This document shows, one piece after another, positions 13,470 to 26,289 of a stretch of 64,000 nt of DNA; the stretch's first letter is position 1; every line of letters starts with the position of its first letter. The DNA is from Camelus dromedarius. Its lineage: Eukaryota. Below the pieces are notes generated by a model. It searched no databases. It was not told the origin of the DNA and was given only the letters and a program-made list of their open reading frames with translations. The DNA lies in the NCBI RefSeq assembly GCF_036321535.1, contig NC_087437.1, positions 33,048,001 to 33,112,000 on the forward strand. Reading direction: 5' to 3'. Both the position numbers and the translations under genes were made by a program.

Positions 13470-14250
13470 TGATGACAACCAAATAGAAAATCTAGAACTG
13501 AAAAATACAATATTTTTAAGGAAAATATTCACTGGATGGGCTTAACAGTAGAATGGAGATGACATAGGAAAAGAGTCACTGAACTTGAAGGTTAATAAAA
13601 ATCAATCTGAAAACAAACAAAAAAATAAAAATATTTTTTGTAGGAAAATATCAAAATATCTAACATAGGTGTAGTTGGAGAAGAGGATAAAGAGAATGAG
13701 GCATATAAATTAGTTGAAATAATAATGAAAATCACCAAATTAGTTTGGTGAAAGATAAAACTTTAGAGAGTCAAGAAGCTGGAAATATGGATAAGGATAA
13801 ATATGGATAAGGATAAATATGAAGAAAACTATGCATATATCCATCATAATCAAACTTCTGAAAGCCAAAGATAAAAAGAAAAATCTTGAAACAAAAGAAA
13901 ACAATACATTAACTGTATACAGGAGACTAATAATTTGAATTACCTTTGGCTTGTCACCAGACACAACAGAGGCTAGTAGACAGTATAAAACACTTTTAAA
14001 GTGCTGCAGGGGGGAAAAAAAAAACCTGACAACTTAGATTTATCTGTGAAACTATTCTTTAAGAATAAAGGGTGAAATAAATTATTTTCTGATAAAACTA
14101 AGAGAACCTGTTGCAAATATTCATACCCGCAGAACAAGAAATGTTTAGGTTCTTTAGTGAAGAGAAATGATATCACATGGCAAGTTATTAATATTAGGAT
14201 ATTAAGGAAAGAAGAGTGTCAAAAATGTTAAATATATGGCTAAATGTGAA
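13470..14250 (+). mobile_element. Ancient L1M ORF1-region fragment
   Basis: A-rich degenerate L1 5'-region motifs (aaccaaatagaaaatctagaactgaaaaatacaat, aatattcactggatgggcttaacagtagaatggag). Contains a 16-bp tandem duplication at 13783-13814. Confidence 0.65.
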
Positions 14251-15419
14251 AGAGCTCCAGAGATGTCAGAGGATAGTGCAGTCATTAAAAAAACAAAACA
14301 AAACAACTAACCAGAGATAAACAGAAATTTAAAATTTGACCTTAAAAGTTAAAAAAAAACCAAAACTGTTAAGCAGAATGTTCACAACCAAAGACTGTAT
14401 TAGTAACCTGGGAAACCAAGCCAAGAAATTTCTTTCAATATGCAGCACAAAAATCACAGAGGGTTAAAACTTCTACAAGGAAGGGACAGATAGAAAAAGA
14501 ATAGTAAATACACACCCCAAAAAATAATTTAAGAACAATTTCTAGAACTAAAGAAAGGTTGAAATCCTTAGAACTCTGATTGAAAAGGGAAATTTAAGGA
14601 TTGACAGGATCTTTTTTTAAAGTTCTATACTTGGACCCATGACAATGTAATTTTAATATAATAAAAATATATTTTAAAAAATCATAAACTTATGAAGACT
14701 ATAAATTTCTTAGAAATAATAAGAACCAGATTGTCATCAGACTTAAGCAAAAATAAGGGAGATAATGAAGCAATGTCTTCAAAATACTAGGGGGAAATTA
14801 TGTAGATTTCTATGCCCAGATAAGCCATCGTGTCAATTTGAGTGTAAAATAATTTAGACATATGACTGCTCCAAGTTATTCAAATTACTAGATGTTAGAA
14901 TCCAGGAAGAAAATAATAAGATGAAAGATTCAATGGTACATGAAATGCCCAAAATATGCAAATGCAGAAAGTACGTTTGTGGCTGCCAAGGGCTACAGGA
15001 CGGGAGACTGCCAACAGGTATGGAATTTCTTTTTGAAGTGATGAAAATGTTCTGGAATAATAGTGGTTGCACAATTGTGAATATACTAAAAGCCACTGAA
15101 CTGTTTAAAAAAAAAGATTTAATGGTAATTCAGAAGTAAACCAAACTCAACTTTTCTTGATGGAGGGAGATTGAACTAGAGGACCTGCCATCTCCTTTAT
15201 TCTTCCCATGGAAACAGACCTCACCCTTTCCTCTCCTGGAGCTAACACAGGACAGATAAAAACCCAACAAACAGCCAGCTCGTTCCTGAAGTTTTGAATT
15301 TGGATGACTTGGAGAATAATGACTATGTGTTTAACAGAAATACAGACATAAGGAAGAAAAGCTGGCTAAGGAAAAAGACAATGTTAGAAATGTTAGGTTA
15401 AATGAATTTTTAGGATTGA

Positions 15420-16870
15420 AAGAAGAGAAACTATAAGCGTATCACAGATACAAACAAATCATAATACAACAAACAGTTATATGCCAACAAATTGGACATC
15501 TAGAAGAAATGGATATTTTCTAAAGACATACAAACCTCCGAGACTGAATCAGGAAGAAGTAGATAGTGAAGAAACTGATCATTAATAGTGAAATTGAATT
15601 AGTAATCAAAAACTCCCAGCCAATAGAAGTCCAGGATCAGATGGCTTCACAGGGGAATTCTACCAAATGTATAAAGAAGAGCTAATACCTATCCTTATCA
15701 AACCATTTCACAAAAAAAAAAAAATGAGGGGGGAACACTCTCAAACTCATTCTAATGGGCTACTATCACCCTGATACCAGAACTAGACAAAGACACTATA
15801 AAAAGAATTACAGGCCAATATTTCTGATCAATATAGATTCAAAAATCTGCAATAAAATATTAGCAAACTGAATTCAACACTATATAAAAAGCATCACACA
15901 CCACGATCAAGTGGGATTTATTCCAGGAATACAAGAATGGTTCAGTATCCGCAAATCCATCAGTGTGATATGCCACATTAACAAAAGGAAAGATAAAAAT
16001 CACATGATTATCTCATTAGATGCTGAAGAAACATTTGATAAAACTCAATATCCATTCATAATAAAAGCTGTCATCAAAGTTGGTATACAGAGAACGTATC
16101 TCAACATAATAAAGGCCATATATGACAAACCCACAGCTAACATTACTCAATGGTAAAAATCTAAAAGCTTTTCCTCTAAAATCAGGAACAGCCTTCTCTT
16201 GCCACTTCTAGTTAACATAGTAATGGAAGGGCTAGCTACAGCAATCAGAAAAGAAAAAGAAAAAGAAAAAAAAAGAAAAAGTCTCCCAGATTGGAAGGGA
16301 AGAAGTAAAACTGTCACTGTTTACAGATGACATGGACAATATATAGAGAACCCTAACGTCTCCACCAAAAAACTATTAGAATAAATGAATTCAATGAAGT
16401 TGCAGGATACAAGATTAACTTATAGAAATCTGTTGCTTTTCTATAACAATGAAATGTCAGAGAAAGCAAGAAAGCAATCCCATTTAAAATCACATTTAAA
16501 AGAGTAAAATACCTAGGAGTAAACTTAATCAAGGAAGTGAAAGAACTATACTCTGAAAACTATAAGATATTGATGAAGGAAATTGAAGATGATACGAATA
16601 AAAGTTTTAAAATGTCCATACTAGCCGAAGCAATCTACAGATTTAATGTAATCCCTATCAAAATACTCATAACGTTTTTCATAGAACTAAAGCAAATCCT
16701 AAAATGTACATGGAACCACAAAAATCCTGAATAGTCAAAGCAATCCTGAGGAAAAGGAACAAAGCTGGAGGCATCATGCTCCTTGACTTCAAACTATACT
16801 TCAAAACTATGGTAATTAAAACACCTGAAACTAATATATAATATTGTAAGTCAACTATACTTCAGTAAAC
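15420..16870 (+). mobile_element. Degenerate LINE-1 ORF2 (RT domain) fused to an L1 3' terminus
   Basis: ORF 15911-16156 ([15 protein letters not shown]...[11 protein letters not shown]) and FTDDM at 16320-16334 (the FADD motif) are L1 RT. Ends with cacctgaaactaatat...tcaactatacttc. Confidence 0.9.
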
Positions 16871-17149
16871 ACAAAGACTTACTTGGATAGAAGTAGGCAA
16901 ATGCTCAATAATTTATCATTATTTGCAATTTATACTCTGAGTACTTCAGAAAGTATTACAACTTCCTGGTCAGGGCTCTGTCCCCACTGCCTGGCACAGT
17001 GCCTTTTACATGGGTATTCAGTATATGTTTGTTAAATAAATGGAGACCATTTGCATCAAAACAAGCAAAAATTGAACTAGAGGTCCGTGATAAAATGGTT
17101 GAAGAGGATTGATTAATGTTTATTCATTTGAGGTCCTTAGAACATCTGC

Positions 17150-17285
17150 ATTAGGGTTCTTGAAAGGCTTGTTGGAATGCAGATTACTGGGCCACGCTCC
17201 AGAATACTGACTCAAAAATCCCTGGTGTATGTGTCAGGAATCTGCATTTTACTGAGTGCCTCTGGGGACTTTGAAGCATGGTCAA
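17150..17285. mobile_element. MER5-like hAT fragment
   Basis: cttgttggaatgcagattactgggcc...aggaatctgcattttac resembles the MER5 core. Confidence 0.55.
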
Positions 17286-18320
17286 GTTAATAGAAAGAAT
17301 CCACAGAGGGGAGAAAAAAGACCAGGTAAAGTCCAGAGAAATTAAGTCTTTAGAGGGCAGTGCTTCTCAGCATTTTAACATCATTCACAAGTAGAAAACA
17401 TTTGCAAAGCACCTTGGGGTACAAGGAGAGACTGATGGAAGCTGGAAGTAAGCAGCCCCAGGGCTTTCGAGGGTTCAGGCCCACCTGGCTGTTGCCCCAG
17501 GGATACGGTATCAACATTTTGACCCACCAGTAACCTATCTCATGCTAAGGAAGCTCTGTCAAGGGTGAGAAGGAAGGGAGAATTTAAAGGAAAAATTTAT
17601 CAAACAAGGTTGAGAACAGTGCACTGCCCCTGAAGTTAACAGATGCTGCTGAGAATTCAAGGGGTAGGGACAACCTTTGGGTATTAATAATTGGAAGGTT
17701 AAGGGAATCCATGGAGTTTTAATGCAGAGGTAAAGGGAAGGAAAAAGGCATTTAAGAAGAAGTAAAGGGAATGAGCTACAAGGAAGTAAAGGACACAAGC
17801 ATAGGGGACTGTTGGAAGGTTGTAAGAACTAAAGAAAAGGAAATAGTAGCTGGAAGAGTATCGGGAACATGGCGAGGGGAGGGAGAGGGGAAGTATAATA
17901 GCAGCCTTTCTTTGGTACAGCAAGAACAGAAAGTTTTCATTGACATGGATCATAAATTGATTACTTAAAAAAACCCTTTGTAATCATTTAGTAGTCTAAT
18001 AAAGGACTTCAAACGTCCCTTTGAATTGTAACAAGAAGTAATAGTTACAAATCAGGCTGTCAGTGCAGAGAGAATGCTGCCATTGGAGTGGATACTTCTT
18101 CAGAAGCTGGTGCTTTCAGAGTCTCTTTTGGCTGGTCCTAATTCAGGTTTATGTTCTCTAATCTCTTGTCTCTATCATCAGCTCTAGACATCCCATTCAG
18201 CATGAGTGCCAGGTTAATCACAAGCTGTATTTTGTAGCTTTTCAGTCTTCTAAGACTATTTTATGTGGACTGGCAGAAACAGTTGGAAATTGCTTTAAAT
18301 ACTGTGATTTTAGGAATATG

Positions 18321-18750
18321 TCTATGGTAGACAGAATAGTGCCCCCTTAAAGATGTCCACATCCTAATCCCCAGAAGCTGTGAGTGTGTCATTTTACATG
18401 GGAGGGGGCAATTAAGGTTATAGATGGAAGTAAAGGTGTTAATCAGCTAACCTTAAAATAGGAGAGTAACCTGGATTATCCAGGTGGGCTCAATTTAATC
18501 ACACGAGTCATTTAAAAATATGGACACATCAGAGAGAGATTTGAGAATGTTATGCTGCAGGCTTTGAAAATGGGGAAAGGGGCCACAAGCCGAGGAATGC
18601 AAGCAGTCTCTAGAAAATAAAAAAGGCAAGGAAACAAATTTTTCCCTGCAGCCTCCAGAAGGAACATAGCCCTGCCAGCACACTGATTCTAGCCAAGTGA
18701 TACCTATTCTGGGCTTCTGACCTCCTACAACTCCATAACAGTAAGACAAA
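18321..18750 (+). mobile_element. ERVL-MaLR LTR (MLT1D-like)
   Basis: aaagatgtccacatcctaatcccc, ctggattatccaggtgggc, gcctccagaaggaacatagccctgcc and ttctgacctcc are typical MLT1 motifs. Confidence 0.8.
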
Positions 18751-18759
18751 CAACCTGGT

Positions 18760-19495
18760 TTTTTAAATGGAGGAAAATTTGAACAGATGTTCTATCAAAG
18801 AAGGTATCTGAATGCCATGTAATATAGAATAAAACCCCAATGGGATATTATTATACCACCACTGAAATGGCTAAAATTAAAAAGACTGACAATACCAAGT
18901 GTTAGCAAGAATGTAGCCCACTGGAACTGTCAGTTTACCTTTTTTTAAAGTTCAACACACTCTTACCATACAACCCAGCAATCCCACGCCTAGGTATTTT
19001 ACTCAAGAGAAATGTTAACTGTGTATACACAAAGAAGCTTTATTCATAATAGCCAAAAACTAGAAACAGTTTTGTAATAATATTGTAATGTAAATCATAC
19101 GTATACAATGGACCTAGCAATAACACTTTAAGTAAACTGCTGATAAATGGAATGAACTACAGATAACATGGATGAATCACAGAAGCATTATGCTAACTGA
19201 AAGCAGCTAGACGCAGAAGACAACATAATGTCTGATTCCATTACGTGAAATTCTGAAAAAGACAAAACTGTAGTGACAGAAAGCCTGTCAGTGGTAACTA
19301 GGGTTGGATGGAGGTAATTATCTGCAAAGGAGCAAGAGGGCACTTTGAGGGCGATGGAAATTTTCTACAGCTTGATTGTGGTGGTGGTTGTGACTATACA
19401 TTTTTCAAAATTCATCAAACTGTACATTTAAAATGGATAAATTTCACTGTATGTAAATTATACCTAAGCAAAGCTGAATTAAAACAAAAAACCTC
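18760..19495 (+). mobile_element. Old L1M 3'-end fragment
   Basis: aatggctaaaattaaaaagactgacaataccaagtgtt, acccagcaatcccacgcctaggtattta, caaaattcatcaaactgtacatttaaaatgg. Confidence 0.75.
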
Positions 19496-21145
19496 TTAGT
19501 AAACACAAACACACACAAATCCAGTTAAGTGGCTTGCTCATGAATTGCACTTGAAGCTTTTTCTTTTTTAACCTCCAAGGTTACATATGAATAAATCTGA
19601 GCTCCCTTGGGATAGGTTTATGTATATAAATACTGCAGAACTCAGAGAAGCTCTTTCTGCCTGGAACTGAAGGAAGATGGAATTTTCGAGCTTTCTCATG
19701 ATCACATCAGAAGATTAGAATTTATAATTAGAAGCGGGTGACCTAAGGCAGATGAAAGTGAGGTGAAGTCTAAAAGGAGAGCAAACTATAAGGGGCTTCA
19801 GTCCTAACAGGGGGCTACAGGGAAGAATAAGGTTGTCTTGGTAAAGTGAGCACCAGTGGTGATGTGCCTTAAGTTCTAGGATGAGTAATAAGGAATTGAC
19901 CAATGGGTCAGTGACTTTCCGACAGAAATGACATTACCACTGTGATAAGGCAAAAAATTTTAGATTCTTGATTGAGATTTGAGATAAATGGAACAACATC
20001 AGATTAAAAACATGGATATTTACATGGCACGAAGAAGAGGGCCTGGAGTGTGATTATTGCTTTATGTGTTTTTAAATAAAATACATCGCTTTTTTATTAG
20101 AAGTATTTGATAATAGAATAAAAGGGAGTGGCATTCATACATGAGCTAAGAAGATACAGGAAATTAGCATTCAACAAACTATATGCATCAGATACCGTAC
20201 TTTGTGCCTGATTTCAGATTACATGATTTAATCTCCACAGCAGGGATATGTGATAGTAGCCTCATTTTACAGCTGTGGAAACTTAGAAGGAAAGCTGTGA
20301 ATCCTAATTAATTAAGGCACTATAGACACAGAAGGGGCATATTCCTCAAAGGCTCCTGAAGGACTACATGAGTTATGATCGCTAGTGATGCATGTCCACA
20401 AACCACACCCAGAGCTAGTGAATTCAGTTAGGAGGTTGGGGGCGAGGGGTGCCAGGAACTTGCATTTCTAACCTGTTCACTAGTTGATTGGTAACTTCAA
20501 AAATAATTTGAGAATCACTATCTTGAGACAGAAGATATTTTTACTATGTGGTGATTTCTAGTATTTAGAATTCTTAGAAACAAAAGTTCACCTCAGAGAG
20601 GTGATCTGCAGCTTTGTCTTTACTAAAATAATGTTGTATCTTCATGGTGTTCATAACATAGGTATAGTTCTCAATGCTCACATTCCATAAATAAGTTACA
20701 AAAATAAACAAGTCAGCATTCTTTATTAGCTCTCGCTAGAATTTATATTGTTGACTGCCCAAAGTGACCTGTACCTGGTAGCAGTATCTTTCAGAGTCCT
20801 TTTTTTGCAGTTTCCTTTAGTGCGGACTTAAGCCACCTGAGATGTGTTACTTTGTGTTTATCAACTTTATACAGTAAGTGATAAATAAACATGTATTTTA
20901 ACCATTATAAAATATACATACATATTTTAACTATTATACACAAGTGAATATGGTAGATAACAAATAGAACAGGTTTTGTATTAGTGAATAGTGAGTCTTT
21001 ATGGGATAAATCTATTCTCCTAAATTCTTCCTTTGTCTCTTTAACAAGCATATTAGTTCAAAATAATTCTTTGTAGTATTAAGCTGCCTACTTACTATTT
21101 AAATTCCAACACTTACTCTTACACGATTACATGTATTTTCAACAG

Positions 21146-21293
21146 TGATTCTTTTATTGCACACCGAGAAAGTATGCGACAGATGATGAGAAATTTCTCT
21201 GAACCTTTCGGAAGAGACTTGTTCGGCATCACTGATGGTAGAGGAAGAGCTCGTAATCATACGGGACATGAGGATGGTGAAAATTCCTTGACT
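21146..21293 (+). CDS. MLF1: MLF1 coding exon 2 (148 nt)
   Basis: ttttcaacag| (S)DSFIAHRESMRQMMRNFSEPFGRDLFGITDGRGRARNHTGHEDGENSLT |gtaagt. Phase matches exon 1. Confidence 0.96.
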
Positions 21294-22969
21294 GTAAGTT
21301 CTTTACTTTAAAGTTAGTGAAGAAAACTGTTACGAGGGAACTATGGGAAAGCTCAATTCTTTTAACAATGCTTTTTTAATTGTATAGCATTCTACTGTGC
21401 TACCAAAACTTTTAACACGGTAGAGTTATAAATTATAAGTCAAACTTAAAGCATTGTTTTCTATATATATATAGGTTTTTTCTCTCACCTTATAATTTAC
21501 TCCCATGTATCAAATTAGAACAGACAGGGAAATATCCTTCCTGTCCCCTACAACACTTTTTTTCTGCTTTAAAATAGCATCCAAAGCTATAGTATATGCT
21601 TATCTCCGTTGGGCCAGGAAAAACCAGTCTTCTGCATGGCTACCTTGGACCTTCAAAACTTAGATTAACTTTTAACTATATCCAAAAGCCTTGTATAACT
21701 ACAATATGTTTTTATAGTCTTGTCTGAGAGCAAAGCTAAAAGGTTACAAACCATACTCAGCTCAAACCGCCCCCCAAAAAAACCTAGGATATTTATATAC
21801 CTTAACTAATTTCTTTCCTGCTTATTTTATTTGTATTGCTTTTTCAGCCTCAGGAATGGAAGTTCCAGTACAACAAATTCACAAAAGTTTCTAAAAGATA
21901 AATCTCTGCAACTGAAATGTAGATTTTTAGAGCTCAGTAAATATGAGTTAGTCAATTGGGAAACTTTCAGAATCTTCTAGAAAATTTTTTCTTATTTTCT
22001 GTTTGCAATAATCTTAAATAGAACAAAATGTTTCAAATACTCCTAAGAAGTTTTGGATAAAGTTGCATTTTTCATTTAAATAAAAGTAATCCTTACATTT
22101 TCATATGCATATTATTCCAATATATATGTTATTCACATTCCAATTAGTTTTTTTAATTAGTTAATTGTGGTATCATATATATTTTTTAAATTTTAGGACT
22201 ATAAATTTCCATAAATGTCTAAAGTTAAGTTCAAAGGAAAAATTATCAAAGAGGGCAGAAAATATCAAATCAATTATGACATTCTGAAATTTTACCTTTC
22301 ATGTGAGCATTGAAATATTTTATAATGCTATAGCCACACAACCATCCAACCATAACCATATAACTAGCAAGGAAGAGTAGGGCTGTACATAGTATTTGTA
22401 TTTATGTGCATAAATGAGCTACTCATAACCTTTGTGGAAGAAGTAAGAAGTGATGATTTTATTCCCTTGTAAGCATAGAAAAGAGAGTTGTTTATAGTTC
22501 ATCTGTAAAGATCTCATTGCAAATGCCTGTCACATCAGCTGTAACTCTGCTGGTCACCCACTGGAAGTAGAACTGTTTCTTTCCTGGCTACTTGTTTAAA
22601 ACATCTGAATGTTTAGTGAGCTGGAATAAGAAATATATAACCAAACAAAGAGATAAATTTCCATGAAACCACTTTGTAAGATTTATAATTTAGAACTGTT
22701 TGTATTTTAGCTTGCCTCATATTTGCCTTGCCAGTGTGGCTTGAAATCAAGTTTTGGGAACCAAAAAAACCCACATAGCTGAAGTAATATGATTGTGTAA
22801 ATGTGAAGATTGAATAAAGAAAGTCAAGTAGATAAACAATTCTGAATATAAAGGAAGGCCACGACCAACATTTGAATGAAAAAGTGAAATAGGTGCAACC
22901 TTGTCCAATTTATAGGCATAAATTAACTTTTCTCTCAGATTATGACCCATATCTATAGGCTGAAGTATG

Positions 22970-23310
22970 TAGCATCCAACAGAACTTTCTGGATGATGGA
23001 AATGCTCTAAATCTACCCTGTCCAGTATGGTAACCACCAGCCACAGATGGCTACTGAGTACTTGAAATATGCCTAGTGGTACCTGAGGAACTGAATTTTT
23101 GATTTAATTCTAATTATTTGGGGAGGGGGGCAGTTGGGTTTATTTAATTAATGTATTTGTTTTATTTTGATGGAAATACTGGGGATTGAACCCAGGACCT
23201 TGTGCATGCTAAGCATGTGCTCTCCCACTGAGCTACACCCTCGCCCTTAATTCTAATTATTTTTAAATTTAAATAGCCGCATGTGGCTAGTGGCTGCCTT
23301 AATGGAGGGC
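22970..23310. mobile_element. MER3-like hAT-Charlie element interrupted by a SINE
   Basis: tccaacagaactttctggatgatggaaatg...aaatagccgcatgtggctagtggct. A second related copy lies at 35648-35862. Confidence 0.75.
23120..23246 (-). mobile_element. tRNA-derived SINE (camelid Vic-type)
   Basis: Minus strand reads GGGCGAGGGTGTAGCTCAGTGGGAGAGCACATGCTTAGCATGCACAAGGTCCTGGGTTCAATCCCCAG, with A box and B box, then an AT-rich and a C-rich tail. Perfect 16-bp TSD TTAATTCTAATTATTT (23104-23119 / 23247-23262). Confidence 0.9.
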
Positions 23311-25605
23311 ATGATGATATTCAAATAGGCTCCAAAGCCTTAAGCTTTTTTTTTAGCCAATGCTGAGTTAAGAGCACTGATCGCCTATATATGAACCTAT
23401 CATCTTATTTTTAAATTTAATATCTTTCAACATTTTCCCAAGAAAAACTGCAGTATTCATCGACCTACTAAATAAAAAGTAAATGGTAGTTTTCACTATA
23501 TCAGATTTAGACCAAACCATTTCCTAAAACCTTGAGTTTTATAACTTTTTAGATAGTAAATACTGCTAGGTAGGATTTACTTGCCTCTTACATCTAAAAT
23601 CAAGTCATATATATTTTTCTTCAGGTACATTATACAGTATCAGCTATCTTGGAAAGCTGACACCAATGCATTTTTTTCGAAGTTTGAACATCCTTTGCCA
23701 AACAAGAGCACTGAGCATTGTCCTAGGGCAGTTGAAGGACAGTAGTAATTTTTTAAATGTAGGAACTTCATCCAGTTGCAGCAGGTTTTCCAAGGAACAT
23801 TCAGCTTCTCTTTTAGCCAAAACTCATTTTTTTAAAAATGTATACTGGTGAAATACGACTTTCCTTTTTTTCCTGACATGTTTTTTTGACATGTTTATAG
23901 CTCAGTATGAAAGACTTATGTCATACTGAAACTAAAAGAAATTAAAAGAAATAAAAAACCAAACAACAATAACAACAAAAGATCTCTATCCCAACTTGAC
24001 TTTTCTAAGTCAGTGTTTTGTAAGTAGATGTAAAGGTATTCGAAGTTCGAAACTGCAGAAAATGGAAAAGACTGCTGCCTAGTTTGAAAAGAACATAGCC
24101 AAGAAAACAGTAGGCTTTTTGAGCATGCTAGCTGTTCTGTTTGAACTTTTAACAACGATTTATACAAAGCTTTCTTTTTTCTCTTTTCATGAAGTTATAA
24201 ATTTTAAAATGAGTGTGTTGATGAAGTAGCAAGTCATTATACTGATCCTTTTAAGCATAATGGATGAAAATTTATATTTCAAATAGACACCTTGATAATT
24301 TTTTCTGTTTTTGGCCCATTTCTTGACATTTGTCATCTTTATCAGCCATATTGTGAAGGAAAACAAAGACTCCTATAAAAGTAGGAGAAGCAGCAGCTCT
24401 GCCACTTTATTGTGTTTGTGTTATTAGCATTTTCCTCAGGTAATGATTTCTTTTTTGGGATATTTTTAAGCCAGTTGTCCATTTTGGGAGGATTGGTTTT
24501 GTTTGCAGCTAGGTCATTTAATCTGTAAATTTATTTAATTAGGCAATCTATAATTCAGATTATGACATGTGCTCTTCTGACACTTAGACTGAGAGATAAT
24601 GCCAGAGTCAATCTGAAATCTGTTTTTCATTTTAGTACAAAGAAATAGAAAGAGAAATTTTATTGGTGCTTCTAATATACTTTGGAGATTACTGTTCTAG
24701 ATATACAGTATAAGTATATATCATATGATATAATTTATTATAAAATTTAATATAAACACACAGTTTTCTCTAGTTTTCAATATAACTTACACAGGGAGAA
24801 AATTATCTTTCACTGAATGATTATAAAACCTTGTATATACCTTTTACAAAGAAATTCAAAATTTATTTTCAACATTTGAAACTTCCAAGTAATAAAAGTT
24901 TTTAATTTGTATACACATCTAAAAATTTATTTTTATCCATCTGTACCTATTAAGGAATACAGTTTATGAACTATAATTTTGATCATTTCATCTATTATAT
25001 TTACTGTTCTTTTCCCTATCACAGACCAAATATTTTAAAATCTGCATGTAAGCCTTGCTGAAGTCTACATTTTTTTATTCCATAAATTAGTTCTTAGGAA
25101 GTATTCATTAATTTTTGTGCCCAATATCTCTACTAATCTTTTAAAATGTTGTTAGTGTAGATACTTTTATTTTTAATTGATTACCAGCAAGATTAACTGA
25201 TTTTTTTTTAAAAAGATGGAACAGTTGAGCAAAAGAAAGATATAATCTTAATCATTGTATCTTATGTTTCAATTTTTGTGTGAATTTGCATTTCTTTTGA
25301 GAAATGTTTGTCTCCATCCATAGCAAATACTTTGTCTTTGAACTGCCTTTATATTAATAACTAATACTAGAGTAGTCTTGTTTACGAGTGACATGAGGCT
25401 TCCCTGTTTGCCTGCCAGGCTCCTGTCAGGCTCGACCATGAGTAATAAGCAGAAAAAATTTTAAATATATGTTGAAGTTTTTTTGATTAAAAAATTCTAT
25501 GACTTGGTTAGCTCTGAACTATGTGATTAATGCAGTACACTTCTTTTTCAGAGGTTATCATGTAACAAATATCATAACCAAAATTAATTGGATTTTTTTC
25601 CCTAG

Positions 25606-25647
25606 GCAATGCGTTCCCTTGTGCCTTTTGGCAGTTTTGGTGGTATG
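25606..25647 (+). CDS. MLF1: MLF1 alternative cassette exon (42 nt, symmetric phase 0)
   Basis: tttttttccctag| AMRSLVPFGSFGGM |gttcgt. Resembles the insert of the longer human MLF1 isoform (SLVPFGDFGGM as recalled) and is frame-preserving. Confidence 0.85.
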
Positions 25648-26289
25648 GTTCGTATCGTAAGACACAAACCATTTTAGCAGTATTTTCTGAAAAATATTTA
25701 TTTTTCATTAGCTTAAGCAAATTGAATTGGCATGCAGCTGCACTTACTTTGATGATGGCTTTTTAGCATTTTTACTGAAAATTTATTTCATGTATTAAAT
25801 TTATCTTAGAGTGTTTAGGCATATGTTTTGTGAAGTGAGTCATTTCAACATATATAAAATCAATCTTCAAAAAGAAAAAGTACATTTTAATACGTGACCA
25901 TTCACCTGATTTACAAAAGGGATCCCCTTAGTTGTGTTTGAAAGTTGGAGACTTCCTCATGCTCATGATGATAGGCAAGCACATTTGGAAAAGCTCAAAT
26001 TGGCTGCTCTCTCCAGGACTCTATTGCCAATTTGTTCATGCTTTTCTTTTCCCATGTCCACGAATGGCTTCTCTGCAACCAGCTTTTCTCCCACCTGTTT
26101 GGGCTTTGGTTCTGTTTTCTGTGGTGCTAGTTTCTGACACACTTAAAAGCAATCTGAGGAGTAGCAGAGAATAGCATGACCTTAGAGCATTTCCTACAGA
26201 TGCATTTGTACTCTCATGAGAAAGTTCCTGTTTTATTCTCTTGTGTTAGATTTCAGCCATTTCTCTCAATGTTTGACATTTGTCCTTCC

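Noticed and set aside
23170..23246. tRNA-Ala-like sequence on the minus strand
   Set aside because: It is the head of a SINE with tail and TSD, not a standalone tRNA gene.
24346..24439. Possible 94-nt cryptic exon in MLF1 intron 2 (atcag| ... cag|gtaatg)
   Set aside because: In-frame TAA and no independent support. Only RNA-seq junctions could rescue it.
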